DNA of 28,835 nt from Gemmatimonadales bacterium (GCA_039794085.1 JBDIWC010000048.1:1-28835); one strand, 5' to 3'. Positions 10,528-19,538 are shown, counted from the stretch's first letter. Notes: generated by a model not told the origin, from the sequence alone. Numbers and translations are program-made.

Positions 10528-10690
10528 GTGAAGCTCGACCGGATTATCCTCCGGTTCCGACAGGCGGACCGGCAAACCCGCCTCGACACCCTGCTGGACC
10601 AATCCCGGCGCCTTGGGCATGATGCGGACCCAGGGGCTCACGGCGCTACCGCAGCGGGTCAAAACAATGGTGCGCGAGGCCTCGGCCTGA
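10528..10690 (+). pseudogene. SufE-like remnant with central deletion and frameshift
   Basis: 10528-10614 reads KLDRIILRFRQADRQTRLDTLLDQSRRL (SufE N-terminal helix pattern). 10613-10690 in another frame reads LGMMRTQGLTALPQRVKTMVREASA* (SufE C-terminal pattern). The Cys-bearing core is absent. Confidence 0.6.
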
Positions 10691-10713
10691 GGACATGCGG
10701 ACGGGACGGGCCG

Positions 10714-10765
10714 TCATTGGTCATTGGTCATTGTTCATTGTTCATTGGTCATTGGTCATTGGTCA
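10714..10765 (-). repeat. Heptamer tandem array (TCATTGG/T) x7 + TCA, starting at the serC stop codon
   Basis: Counted directly. The TCA at 10763-10765 is the serC TGA. Confidence 0.95.
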
Positions 10766-11869
10766 TCGCCCGACCAGGGCCCCCCGATGGGCGGTCTCGA
10801 AGCGCTCCAGGACCTGCACCAGCACCCGCACCGACTCGAGGGAGCACGCGTTGTAGAGGCTGGCCCGCATGCCGCCCACCGATCGATGCCCCTTCAGGCC
10901 CTCCAGCCCCTGGCGCGTGGCCTCGGCGATGAACTCCGCCTCCAGTGCCTCGGTGGGCGCCCGGAAGCAGACGTTCATCCGGCTCCGGCTCTCCGGGTCC
11001 GCGGTGCCGCGGAAGAAGCGGCTCGCATCGAGATAGTCATAGAGCAGCCGGGCCTTCTCCTCATTCCGTTCCGCCATTCCCGCCAGTCCCCCCTCGGCGG
11101 CGATCCACCGGAACACCTCGCCCATCATGTAGATCCCGAAGGTGGGCGGCGTGTTGTAGAGCGACCGTTCCGCGGCATGGGTCCGGTACTGCAGGATGGT
11201 CGGGATCCCCGGGTTCCCCACGGCGACCAGATCCTTGGCGATGATGACGAGAGTGATCCCCGCGGGGCCGAGATTCTTCTGCGCACCGGCATAGATCACG
11301 CCGTACCGGGCCACGTCCACCGGCCGGGAGAAGATGTCGCTCGACATGTCGGACACGAGCGGCGCGCCGACCGGCACCGCCGGTTCCGTCGCCCATTGGG
11401 TTCCCACGATGGTGTTGTTGGAGGTGACGTGGGCGTACACCGGATCGGAGGACCACGCGATTTCGTCCGCTCGCGGCACGCGCCGGAACTCCTCACCGGC
11501 GGTGGTGGCCGCCACATGGGTCTGGCCCAGGCCCTTCGCCTCCGCCAGCGCCTTCTTGCTCCAGGTCCCCGTCACCACGTAGTCGGCGGTGCGTCCCTCG
11601 GCGAGGAGGTTCAGCGGCACCATGGCAAACTGGTGTGAGGCTCCACCCTGCAGGAAGAGCACCTCATGGGTGTCCGGGATCCCCGCGAGATCGCGGCAGG
11701 CCTGTTCCGCCCGGTCGCGGACCCGGGCAAACGCCTTGCCCCGGTGGCTGTGCTCGAGCACGCCAATGCCGGTGCCGCCGAGATCCCAGATGTCCTGCTG
11801 GGCCTGCCGGAGTACCGGCTCGGGCAGAACGGCGGGTCCCGCCCCGAAATTGTGGATGCGCTGGGTCAT
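10763..11869 (-). CDS. serC: Phosphoserine aminotransferase
   Basis: NFGAGPAVLP, SHRG, LFLQGGAS, DMSSD, PLP lysine motif AGAQKNLG, YNTPP, SRMNV.F, GHRSVGGMRASLYNA. Confidence 0.97.
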   Translation of the reverse strand: MTQRIHNFGAGPAVLPEPVLRQAQQDIWDLGGTGIGVLEHSHRGKAFARVRDRAEQACRDLAGIPDTHEVLFLQGGASHQFAMVPLNLLAEGRTADYVVTGTWSKKALAEAKGLGQTHVAATTAGEEFRRVPRADEIAWSSDPVYAHVTSNNTIVGTQWATEPAVPVGAPLVSDMSSDIFSRPVDVARYGVIYAGAQKNLGPAGITLVIIAKDLVAVGNPGIPTILQYRTHAAERSLYNTPPTFGIYMMGEVFRWIAAEGGLAGMAERNEEKARLLYDYLDASRFFRGTADPESRSRMNVCFRAPTEALEAEFIAEATRQGLEGLKGHRSVGGMRASLYNACSLESVRVLVQVLERFETAHRGALVGR

Positions 11870-11876
11870 GGTCTCC

Positions 11877-13085
11877 TCACCCGATCGGTTTCACGTCGGC
11901 ACTGATGATGTGCCCGTTGGCTCCGGCTATCCGCGCCAGGGCGGAGGCGGGGGGCAGGGCGGACACGTGGATCCGGGCGCAGGTGGCCTGCGCCCCATGG
12001 TACAGGATGTTCTCGACCTCCTCCACGTTGATCGCCTCGTCGGCCAGGATCTGGAACACATGGGCGAGCACGCCCGGCCGGTTCTTGTGGCGGATCGAGA
12101 GCACGTGGGTGGCGGAACTCTTGGCGAGCCGGTTGATGCAGTTGGGAACGCCTCCGGTGGCGCGGAACTCGGTGACGATGCGGATCACCTCGTGCGCGAT
12201 CGCCACCTGCGCCTGCTCGGTGGAGGCTCCGACGTGGTGGGTGCCATAGACCCCGGGGAGATCGATCAACGGGTTGGAGAAGGTGCCGGTGCCGCCGGCC
12301 GGCTCCTCCGCGTATACATCCAGGCCCACCCGAAGTCCCCGCTCGCGCACCGCGACGGCCACGGCCGCTTCGTCCACCACCGACCCTCGCGAGGTGTTGA
12401 TCAGGGTGGCTCCGGGCTTGAGGGCGGCGAGGAACTCCGCGTTGACCAGATGCTTCGTCTCGGGGGTTCCGGCCACATTGATGGAGACGGCATCGCTCAG
12501 CCGGGCCACGTCGATCGGAGTTTCGCAGTATCCGATGGCCGACCGCGTGGCATCCTCGATCGTGAGCTGCCGGGACCAGGCGCAGACCTGCATACCGAAG
12601 GCCTGGCCCCGTTTGGCGATCTCGCGACCGATCTGTCCCAGCCCGACGATGCCCAGCGTACGACCGTGCAGCCCGCGGGCCCGGCCGTACTCGGCCTTGT
12701 TCCAGATGCCGGCCCGAAGGTCTCGGACCTGGTCGGGAATCCGGCGATCCACCGAGAGGAGGAGCCCCATCACCAGTTCCGCGACGGCGATCGAGTTCCG
12801 GCCGGGACAGTTGGACACGAAGACGCCGAGCCGGGAGGCGGCGGGCACGTCGATGGTGTCGGTTCCCGCTCCCGCCCGGATGACCAGGCTCAGCCCCGAT
12901 CCGGCTTCCAGGGCGGCCGCGGTGACTTTCTTGCTCCGGACGATGAGGATCTTGGGATCGTACTCGCGCAGAAGGGCCGGCAGATCGTCGGCCGTGACCC
13001 CCGGCTCGACCCGAACGCGACACCCCAGTTCCTGCAGTCCATCGATCCCGACCTTCTCGAACTTGTCCGCGACCAGCACCTTCAT
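11877..13085 (-). CDS. serA: D-3-phosphoglycerate dehydrogenase with C-terminal ACT domain
   Basis: RAGAGTDTID, GIVGLGQIG, INTSRG, LDVY..EP, THHVGASTEQAQ, ACT motif HKNRPGVL. Adjacent to serC. Confidence 0.9.
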   Translation of the reverse strand: MKVLVADKFEKVGIDGLQELGCRVRVEPGVTADDLPALLREYDPKILIVRSKKVTAAALEAGSGLSLVIRAGAGTDTIDVPAASRLGVFVSNCPGRNSIAVAELVMGLLLSVDRRIPDQVRDLRAGIWNKAEYGRARGLHGRTLGIVGLGQIGREIAKRGQAFGMQVCAWSRQLTIEDATRSAIGYCETPIDVARLSDAVSINVAGTPETKHLVNAEFLAALKPGATLINTSRGSVVDEAAVAVAVRERGLRVGLDVYAEEPAGGTGTFSNPLIDLPGVYGTHHVGASTEQAQVAIAHEVIRIVTEFRATGGVPNCINRLAKSSATHVLSIRHKNRPGVLAHVFQILADEAINVEEVENILYHGAQATCARIHVSALPPASALARIAGANGHIISADVKPIG

Positions 13086-14335
13086 GGAGACGCCCTGCCA
13101 TTCTCATCGAGGGTATGAACGAAGAGCCCGCTCCGAAGCTTGGGCTCGAACCAGGTACTCTTGGGGGGCATGATCCCCCCGCGATCGGCGATGGCCATCA
13201 GCTGTTCCACCGTCACCGGCGCCATCGCCACCGCCAGTGCCGCCTCCCCGTTGTCCACCCGCCGGGAGAGATCCGCCGTCCCCCGGATTCCACCGACGAA
13301 ATCGATGCGGGGGTCCGTGCGGGGATCTCCGATGCCGAGGACCGGTCCGAGCACCTGGTCCTGGAGCAGGGCGGCGTCGAGCGAGGCGACGGGGTCGTCC
13401 GCCCGGGCCGGATCGGGAGTCAGCGTCAGACGATGCCACTGACCGTCGAGGTAGATGCCGAATTGTCCCGCCCGGTCCGGGGCCGCGGCCTCGGGGGACA
13501 CGGGGTCGAACTCCCCGAGAGCCGCCAGCCGTTCCCGCACCTGGCCCGGGCCGACCCCGCCGAGATCCCGGACCACCCGGTTGTAGGGGAGGATGGAGAC
13601 CTGATCGGAGGGGAACAGAACCGCGAGGAACCAGTTGTAGGGCTCCGCTCCGGTGTGGGCCGGATTGGCGGCGCGGCGCTCGGTGCCCGCCCGCCAGGCG
13701 CTGGCGGAACGGTGGTGCCCGTCGGCCACGTAGGCCACCGGGATGGAGTCGAAGGCGCGCACCACCGCGGCGGGGTCGGCGATGGTCCACACCCGGTGGC
13801 GCACGCCGTCGTCCGCGGTGAAGTCGCAGAGCGGCTCCCCGGCCGCCACCTGATCAACCACACCATCCACGGTCGCATCCGCCGGATACGTGAGGAAGAC
13901 CGGTTCGGCATTGGCGTTGAGCGTGAGGACGTGCCGGGTGCGGTCGTCCTCCTTGTCGGGACGGGTCCGCTCGTGCTTCCGGATCACGTCGGAGGCATAG
14001 TCGTCGATATGGACGCACCCGACCACCCCCCGCTGTACCTGACCGCGCCATGTCAGCTCATAAAGATAGAGTGACGGTTCGGGGTCCCGGACAAGGGTGC
14101 CGTCGCGGCGGAAGCGATCGAGGGCACTCCGGGCCGCGGCATACACGGCGGGATCGTGAGGGTCGGTCTCGGGCGGGAGATCGATATCGGAGCGTCCCAC
14201 ATGGAGGAAGCTGTGCGGATTTCCCTCCGCGAGGCGGGCGGCCTCGGCCCGGGTCACGACATCATATGGGGGAGAGGCGACACGAGCCGCGAGGGACGCG
14301 GGGGGGCGCCAGGCGGCAAAGGATTGCAGGCGGAT
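13082..14335 (-). CDS. DUF1015 family protein (apparent non-canonical ATC start)
   Basis: VASPPYDV, HERTRPDKEDDR, YVADGHHRSA, ILPYNRVV, IMPPKSTWFEPKLRSGL. The frame extends to ATC at 14335, with GGAGGT 6 nt upstream and an in-frame TGA just beyond. Confidence 0.9.
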   Translation of the reverse strand: MRLQSFAAWRPPASLAARVASPPYDVVTRAEAARLAEGNPHSFLHVGRSDIDLPPETDPHDPAVYAAARSALDRFRRDGTLVRDPEPSLYLYELTWRGQVQRGVVGCVHIDDYASDVIRKHERTRPDKEDDRTRHVLTLNANAEPVFLTYPADATVDGVVDQVAAGEPLCDFTADDGVRHRVWTIADPAAVVRAFDSIPVAYVADGHHRSASAWRAGTERRAANPAHTGAEPYNWFLAVLFPSDQVSILPYNRVVRDLGGVGPGQVRERLAALGEFDPVSPEAAAPDRAGQFGIYLDGQWHRLTLTPDPARADDPVASLDAALLQDQVLGPVLGIGDPRTDPRIDFVGGIRGTADLSRRVDNGEAALAVAMAPVTVEQLMAIADRGGIMPPKSTWFEPKLRSGLFVHTLDENGRASP

Positions 14336-14371
14336 AGGGCGACCTCCAGTGGGTCAGGTCAGGGCGCACGC

Positions 14372-14400
14372 ATCCTACTGCGGGCGCGGGGCCGCGTCAA
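14372..14400 (-). promoter_or_regulatory. Putative sigma70 promoter TTGACG-17-TAGGAT for DUF1015-serA-serC
   Basis: Minus strand -35 at 14400-14395 and -10 at 14377-14372, with a 17-nt spacer. Confidence 0.65.
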
Positions 14401-14409
14401 GTCGGAAAG

Positions 14410-14650
14410 GAAGTTGAAGTTTCAAGTTCGAAGTTTGAAAGGGTGAACTTCCCACCGTCCCGATTCCGGTCGCGGTGGCGGTACCGCCGTCGGGGATGCA
14501 ACCGGCGGGAGTGCACCGACCCGTCTCCATAGGTCCGGGGGTTGACCTCCGAATAACGCTCCCGGATGTTCTCCTCGCTCCCACTTCGAACTGCACATTG
14601 CTCCTTCAGACAAGGGCGGTCCACGGACCGCCCCTACAACTTCGAACTTC
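14410..14650. repeat. Inverted AAGTTCG-type heptamer arrays (14410-14440 vs 14583-14591 and 14637-14650)
   Basis: gaagttgaagtttcaagttcgaagtttg on +; acttcgaac and caacttcgaacttc in the opposite orientation. Confidence 0.7.
14614..14637 (-). repeat. GTAG-type REP-like hairpin GTAGGGGCGGTCCGTGGACCGCCC
   Basis: Perfect 9-bp dyad GGGCGGTCC/GGACCGCCC with a 5' GTAG foot, 16 nt after the gdhA stop. Confidence 0.7.
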
Positions 14651-14652
14651 CC

Positions 14653-16068
14653 TCAGGGAAAGATGCCGAGCTCCATGTACGACACGGCGATCTTGTCGAT
14701 GGCGCTCACGTAGGCCGCCACGCGGAGATCGACGGCACTGCTCATCCGGGTGCGGACACCCCGAATCTCGTGATAGGCACTCACCATCGTCTCCTCCAAC
14801 CCGGAATTCACCAGGTCCTCCTCGCTGGCCCCGTGAGTGATCGCCCGAGCGTCGGCGTCCAGAAACTTCCGCCCCGTGGCGGTCTCGATCGCGCCCAGCA
14901 GCCGACCGTAGGCTCCCTCCTCGAACCGCTTCCCGATCCGCCCGAACCGGACATGGGAGAGATTCTTGAGCCATTCGAAGTAGGAGACGGTGACCCCACC
15001 GGCATTGAGATACATGTCGGGGAGCACCATAATGCCGCGGGACCGCAGGATCGAGTCTCCCTCGGCGGTGGTCGGCCCGTTGGCCCCCTCCGCGACGATC
15101 CGGGCCTGGATGTGCGGCGCGTTCTCGGCGGTGATCTGTCCCTCCAGGGCCGCCGGGACGAGAATGTCACAGGGCAGGGTCAGGGCATCCGCCGAGGTGG
15201 GCACATCGGTGGCCCCGGGAAATCCGAGAAGCGACCGGGTCTCCTTGCGCCATGACACCACCTTCTGAAGGTCGAGGCCCTTCGGATTGTGGATCGCCCC
15301 CTCATGCTCGGCGATGCCGACCAGGATCCCGCCCCCCTCCTCGATGAACTTGGCGGCGTGGTACCCCACATTCCCGAGCCCCTGCACGACCACGCGCTTG
15401 CCCTCCAGCCCCGTCGTCAATCCCAGGGCCTTCATGTCCTCCACCACCGAGCACGCCTCCCGCAACCCGAAGAAGATGCCCCGGCCCGTGGCTTCGGTCC
15501 GGCCCCGGATCCCGCCTTGGGATACCGGCTTGCCGGTCACACAGGCGAGCGCATTGAGTTCCTCCGGCTTGAGGCTCGCGTAGGTGTCGGCCACCCAGGC
15601 CATCTCCCGGGAGGTGGAGCCGTAATCGGGCGCCGGCACATCGATGCCCGGTCCGATGAAATTCTTCCGCACCAGTTCGAAGGTGTACCGCCGGGTGATG
15701 CGTTCCAGCTCCTGCGCGGAGTATTGGTGCCGCGCGACGCGGATCCCCCCCTTGGCCCCACCGAACGGCACGTCGACAATGGCGCACTTGTAGCTCATCA
15801 GCGCGGCCAGCGCCTGCACCTCGTCCTCGTTGACCGCCATGCTGTAGCGGATCCCCCCCTTCGTCGGGGTCTTGTGCTGGCTGTGCTGGGCCCGCCATGC
15901 ATGGATGACCTCGATGGTCCCGTCGTCCCGCCGGACCGGAAAGGCCAGATAGTAAATGCTGTTGCAGGCCTTGATCTGCGCCAGAAGACGGGGATCATGA
16001 TCGGTGTAGGCGGCGCCCCGGTCAAAGCTCCGGTTTACCTGCTCCAGAAAGCTGTCAGCCGACGTCAT
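14653..16068 (-). CDS. gdhA: Glutamate dehydrogenase (Glu/Leu/Phe/Val dehydrogenase family)
   Basis: PTKGGIRY, VPFGGAKGG, DVPAPD, GRTEATGRG, QGLGNVG, EGANGPTT, NAGGVTVSYFEW. Start placed at MTSAD (16068). Confidence 0.95.
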   Translation of the reverse strand: MTSADSFLEQVNRSFDRGAAYTDHDPRLLAQIKACNSIYYLAFPVRRDDGTIEVIHAWRAQHSQHKTPTKGGIRYSMAVNEDEVQALAALMSYKCAIVDVPFGGAKGGIRVARHQYSAQELERITRRYTFELVRKNFIGPGIDVPAPDYGSTSREMAWVADTYASLKPEELNALACVTGKPVSQGGIRGRTEATGRGIFFGLREACSVVEDMKALGLTTGLEGKRVVVQGLGNVGYHAAKFIEEGGGILVGIAEHEGAIHNPKGLDLQKVVSWRKETRSLLGFPGATDVPTSADALTLPCDILVPAALEGQITAENAPHIQARIVAEGANGPTTAEGDSILRSRGIMVLPDMYLNAGGVTVSYFEWLKNLSHVRFGRIGKRFEEGAYGRLLGAIETATGRKFLDADARAITHGASEEDLVNSGLEETMVSAYHEIRGVRTRMSSAVDLRVAAYVSAIDKIAVSYMELGIFP

Positions 16069-16117
16069 GCGGAGCACGACCTTTCCAAGGGTTCTGCGGG
16101 AAGTATCGGACGGGAAA

Positions 16118-16348
16118 TCACGGAGATTGAATCCTGCTCCCCCGGGCCTCGAGGGTATCGCGGGCCCGCAGGGCACCCCGAATCGCCCCCGCTCCGGGGA
16201 GTGACGAGGCGCCGAGAATGCTGTCGCGAGTCCGCTGGTCCCCGGCGGAAGGGGTCTCTGGCACCGTCGCCGGTGGCTTCGCGGAATCGGTCCGGCAGGC
16301 CCCGGACAGGGCCAGCAACGCCAGCAGAGCCACCCGGCAGTATGGCAT
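16118..16348 (-). CDS. Small putative lipoprotein
   Basis: MPYCRVALLALLALSGAC lipobox-like N-terminus. TGATG overlap with the upstream gene. Confidence 0.65.
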   Translation of the reverse strand: MPYCRVALLALLALSGACRTDSAKPPATVPETPSAGDQRTRDSILGASSLPGAGAIRGALRARDTLEARGSRIQSP

Positions 16349-17328
16349 CAGGCGCCGCCCTCGGCCAGGACCACGGCAAGCCACGCTCCATCCGGACTCA
16401 CGGCCAGCCGGGTGGCGGCACCGGTCCCCGGCGCGTCGAGGGTACCCACCGTCTCCCACTCCTCCCGTCCCGGAGTCCACCCGAAGAGGGCCCGGCCGCG
16501 GGCCATGAGAAGAGTCCCGGCGGGAGTCCAGGCAAAATCCTGGGCCCCCGGCACGGCCAAAGTCAGAGGCTCCAATCGGGCGACACCCGGCTCCCACGCC
16601 ATGATGCGACCGGGAGTATCGGGTTCCCGGATCAGCACGCTGATGCGGTCGGTCCCGGGGATGCGCTGGAGGGAACGTCCCACGTCCAGAGCCAGGGTCG
16701 TGGCGGAGTCGGACCCGGGAGCGGCGAGCTGCAGAGTGGAGGGTGACCCGAGAACGAAGGCGAGGAGGTCCCCCGTGGTGGTCCAGGCATAGTAGCCCAC
16801 CGGGGCGAGGCCGGGCAGGAGAACCCGAGGAGGGTCCCCGTTGACCGGAAAGACCCAGAGCCGCTGGGTGCTGTCCCGTTCCACCCGCACCACCGTGATT
16901 CCGGTGCCGTCCGGTGTGGGACGCGGCGAGTACTCGCTCTCGGGGGTGGAGGTGACCCGTGCGACCTCGCCGCGGGGCAGGGTGATGCGGTAGATGTCGG
17001 CCTGGGCATCATCCCGGATGCTGGTGTAGTAGAGGGTGCCGTCGGGGCCGAAGAAGGGCTGGTTGTCGTATCCGGGCCGGGAGGTCAGGTTGCGAGCCGG
17101 CGCGCCGAGCCGCAGGGAGGAGCCTTCGGTGACCAGGGGGACGATCCAGATGTCCGTTCCCCCCTGGGCACCCGCCACGCGGGCCCCGGGCCCCGTGCAC
17201 ACGACTCCCGCCAGGAGGCACCGGACCAGGGTCACGGTGGTACCAGATGCCCCCCATCCGGGAGATCGCGACACGTGGTGTAGGGACACGATGGACAGGA
17301 AACTACGGAGTCGCCGATCAATTGTCAT
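16348..17328 (-). CDS. TolB-like / PD40 beta-propeller exported protein
   Basis: NLTSRPGYDNQPFFGPDG, ESEYSPRPTPDG and RLAVSPDG repeats. Signal-like AGA/Q segment. Start uncertain, possibly later. Confidence 0.78.
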   Translation of the reverse strand: MTIDRRLRSFLSIVSLHHVSRSPGWGASGTTVTLVRCLLAGVVCTGPGARVAGAQGGTDIWIVPLVTEGSSLRLGAPARNLTSRPGYDNQPFFGPDGTLYYTSIRDDAQADIYRITLPRGEVARVTSTPESEYSPRPTPDGTGITVVRVERDSTQRLWVFPVNGDPPRVLLPGLAPVGYYAWTTTGDLLAFVLGSPSTLQLAAPGSDSATTLALDVGRSLQRIPGTDRISVLIREPDTPGRIMAWEPGVARLEPLTLAVPGAQDFAWTPAGTLLMARGRALFGWTPGREEWETVGTLDAPGTGAATRLAVSPDGAWLAVVLAEGGA

Positions 17329-17332
17329 CCCC

Positions 17333-17364
17333 GAACTTCAAACTTCAAACTTTGACCTTCGACC
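17333..17364 (-). repeat. AAACTTC-type heptamer array supplying the ArsC-like stop codon
   Basis: gaacttc aaacttc aaacttt gaccttc gacc. The TCA at 17338-17340 is the stop. Confidence 0.8.
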
Positions 17365-17706
17365 AGCCACCCACTCTTTCCACTGCGCCGTCGCCGGCCC
17401 GACACTCAGCAGCTTTCCCGACCGCACCAGCGGCATGCGCAGCAGCAACGGTTCCTCGACCAGCCGGGTGAGCCACCAGTCATCCGAGCGGAGCGACACC
17501 CCGAGCCCCAGATCCCGGTAGCGGGCGCTGGAGACATCGACCAGGGCCGCCATTCCGAACGCCTGAACAAAGCGCCGGAGCTCCCCGGGCTGGGCGGGCC
17601 GCACGCTGAGGTCGGCGAAATGGACCGGGATCCGCCGTTCGGCGAAGAACCGGAGGGCGTCGCGGGTGGGGGCGCTCTTGCGAATCCCGAAAACCTGTAC
17701 GTTCAT
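17338..17706 (-). CDS. ArsC/Spx/YffB-like thioredoxin-fold protein
   Basis: VQVFGIRKS..TRDALRFFAERRI.VHFADL, GELRRF, EPLLLRMPLVR pattern. GGAG SD upstream. Confidence 0.8.
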   Translation of the reverse strand: MNVQVFGIRKSAPTRDALRFFAERRIPVHFADLSVRPAQPGELRRFVQAFGMAALVDVSSARYRDLGLGVSLRSDDWWLTRLVEEPLLLRMPLVRSGKLLSVGPATAQWKEWVAGRRSKFEV

Positions 17707-17822
17707 TCCCAACGTTCTCCACAACAAGGGCGTACCAAAGTAGCATCTGCGGCTCGGGGATGCTCCGTACCCATGCCGTCACTGCTGCCCACTCCCGTTC
17801 TCTCAGCAGGAGTCACCCGCTC

Positions 17823-19538
17823 ATGCCCCGTGGTACGATTCGGTACCTGACGTTCTGGACCGGCCTGCTCGCCGCCGCGCACACTCCTCATCCCCTGGCG
17901 GCCCAGGAGGGAACCTGGGCCCTCACCAACGCGCGCATCCTCACCGTGACAGGAAGTCCGATCGAGCGGGGAACGGTGGTGATCCGCAACGGACTGATTG
18001 CCGCCGTGGGTGCCAGCGTGACCGTCCCCGCGGGCGCCCGGGTCCTGGACCTCGCGGGCAAAACGGTCTCCCCCGGCTTCATCGATCTCCTGAGCGGGAT
18101 CGGTGCCCCGGCGGTGCAGGCCCCCGCCGGTCGCGGCTTCGGCGGAGGGGGTGGTCCTCCCGCGCCGGGCGCCGGACGTCCCGCCACCCCCATGGGATTC
18201 GACCCCTCCGCCAGCGTGCTCGACGACCTCACCGCCTCGGCCGCCGACATCAACGCTGCCCGGAGTGCCGGGATCACCGCCGTGCTCGCGGCCCATGGCC
18301 GCGGAACCTTCCGGGGCCAATCGGCCCTTCTCCCTCTGCATGATACCGTGTCCGCCTCGGCCACCATCCGGTTCCCGGTGGCGGCTCATCTGGGCTACGA
18401 ATCGGCCGGATTCGGCCAGTACCCCGGGTCGCTCATGGGCGTGATCGCCGTCCACCGCCAGACGCTCTACGACGCGCAGCACCAGGCGAAGGTGGAGGCC
18501 CGGTACGCCGCCGACCCGCGCGGCCTGACGCGCCCGGTGCGGGATCCCGGGATCGAGGCGCTGGTTCCGGTGGTGGAGCGTTCCCTTCCCGCCTTCGTGG
18601 CCGCCAACCGGGAGAACGAGATCCGGCGCGCGGCCGCCCTCGGCACGGAGTTCGGACTCCGCCTGGTCGTGGCCGGTGCCACCGAGGGGTGGCGAGCCGC
18701 CGATGCCCTGACCGACGCGGGCCTCGTCGTGTCGGTCAACTTCCCTCAACCCGCGGCCACAACCGGATGGACCTACCGGGGAAGCCGCCGCCACCCGCTC
18801 GACGACAGCACCACGGCGGCCGAGGAAGCGCGTGCCCTGATCGAGGGGAACGCGGCCGCCCTGCACCGGGCGGGACACCGCTTCGCTCTGGCCAGCGGGG
18901 GAACCCGCGGCGCCGATTTCATGGCCAACGTCCGGAAGGCGATCTCCCGGGGTCTCCCGGCGGAGGTGGCGCTCGCCGCCCTCACCATCCGCGCCGCCGA
19001 GCTGGCGGGGGTGGACCGGATCCTGGGAAGCATCGAGACCGGAAAGATCGCCAACCTCGTCATCACCGACCGGTTCCCGCTGGCGGACAGCGCCGTGGTG
19101 AGCGGCGTCTTTGTGGACGGGCGGCACTACGAGGTGGCCCCTCCGCCCCCGGAACGAGCCGGGGCGCGCGGCGGCCAGGGCCGCGGGGCGGGCGGGCGGC
19201 GTCCCCCCCCGGGAGGCGCCGGACAGGCCGCGGCGGGGCACCCCGCATCCGGAACCTGGCTCCTCACGCTCAACAGCCCGCAGGGCACCCTCGACCAGAC
19301 CCTGGTACTCACCGCCGATGGCGACCAGCTCGGCGGTACCATCGCCACCCAGTTCGGAACGCTACCCATCACGGGCCGGGCCGCCGGAACATCGCTGGCC
19401 TGGTCGGCCACGATGGCGATGGGGGGCCAGTCGTTCGACCTCACCTTCGATGCCGCCGTGACGGGCGAGCGGATGACCGGCACGGTCACCGCCGGCCCGT
19501 TCGGCTCCTTTCCCTTTTCCGGAGTGAAGCAGCCATGA
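17823..19538 (+). CDS. Exported amidohydrolase-family paralog lacking HxH, with C-terminal beta domain
   Basis: Signal peptide. ALTNARI..GTVVIRNGLIAAVG, PGFIDLLS (no HxH), ALTIRAAELAGV..LGSIETGKIANLV. AGGAG SD. Confidence 0.85.
   Translation: MPRGTIRYLTFWTGLLAAAHTPHPLAAQEGTWALTNARILTVTGSPIERGTVVIRNGLIAAVGASVTVPAGARVLDLAGKTVSPGFIDLLSGIGAPAVQAPAGRGFGGGGGPPAPGAGRPATPMGFDPSASVLDDLTASAADINAARSAGITAVLAAHGRGTFRGQSALLPLHDTVSASATIRFPVAAHLGYESAGFGQYPGSLMGVIAVHRQTLYDAQHQAKVEARYAADPRGLTRPVRDPGIEALVPVVERSLPAFVAANRENEIRRAAALGTEFGLRLVVAGATEGWRAADALTDAGLVVSVNFPQPAATTGWTYRGSRRHPLDDSTTAAEEARALIEGNAAALHRAGHRFALASGGTRGADFMANVRKAISRGLPAEVALAALTIRAAELAGVDRILGSIETGKIANLVITDRFPLADSAVVSGVFVDGRHYEVAPPPPERAGARGGQGRGAGGRRPPPGGAGQAAAGHPASGTWLLTLNSPQGTLDQTLVLTADGDQLGGTIATQFGTLPITGRAAGTSLAWSATMAMGGQSFDLTFDAAVTGERMTGTVTAGPFGSFPFSGVKQP

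Noticed and set aside
14450..14580. Riboswitch, or RAYT transposase remnant (EENIRERYSEVNP on -)
   Set aside because: No recognisable riboswitch consensus. The resemblance to a RAYT C-terminus is too weak without a search.
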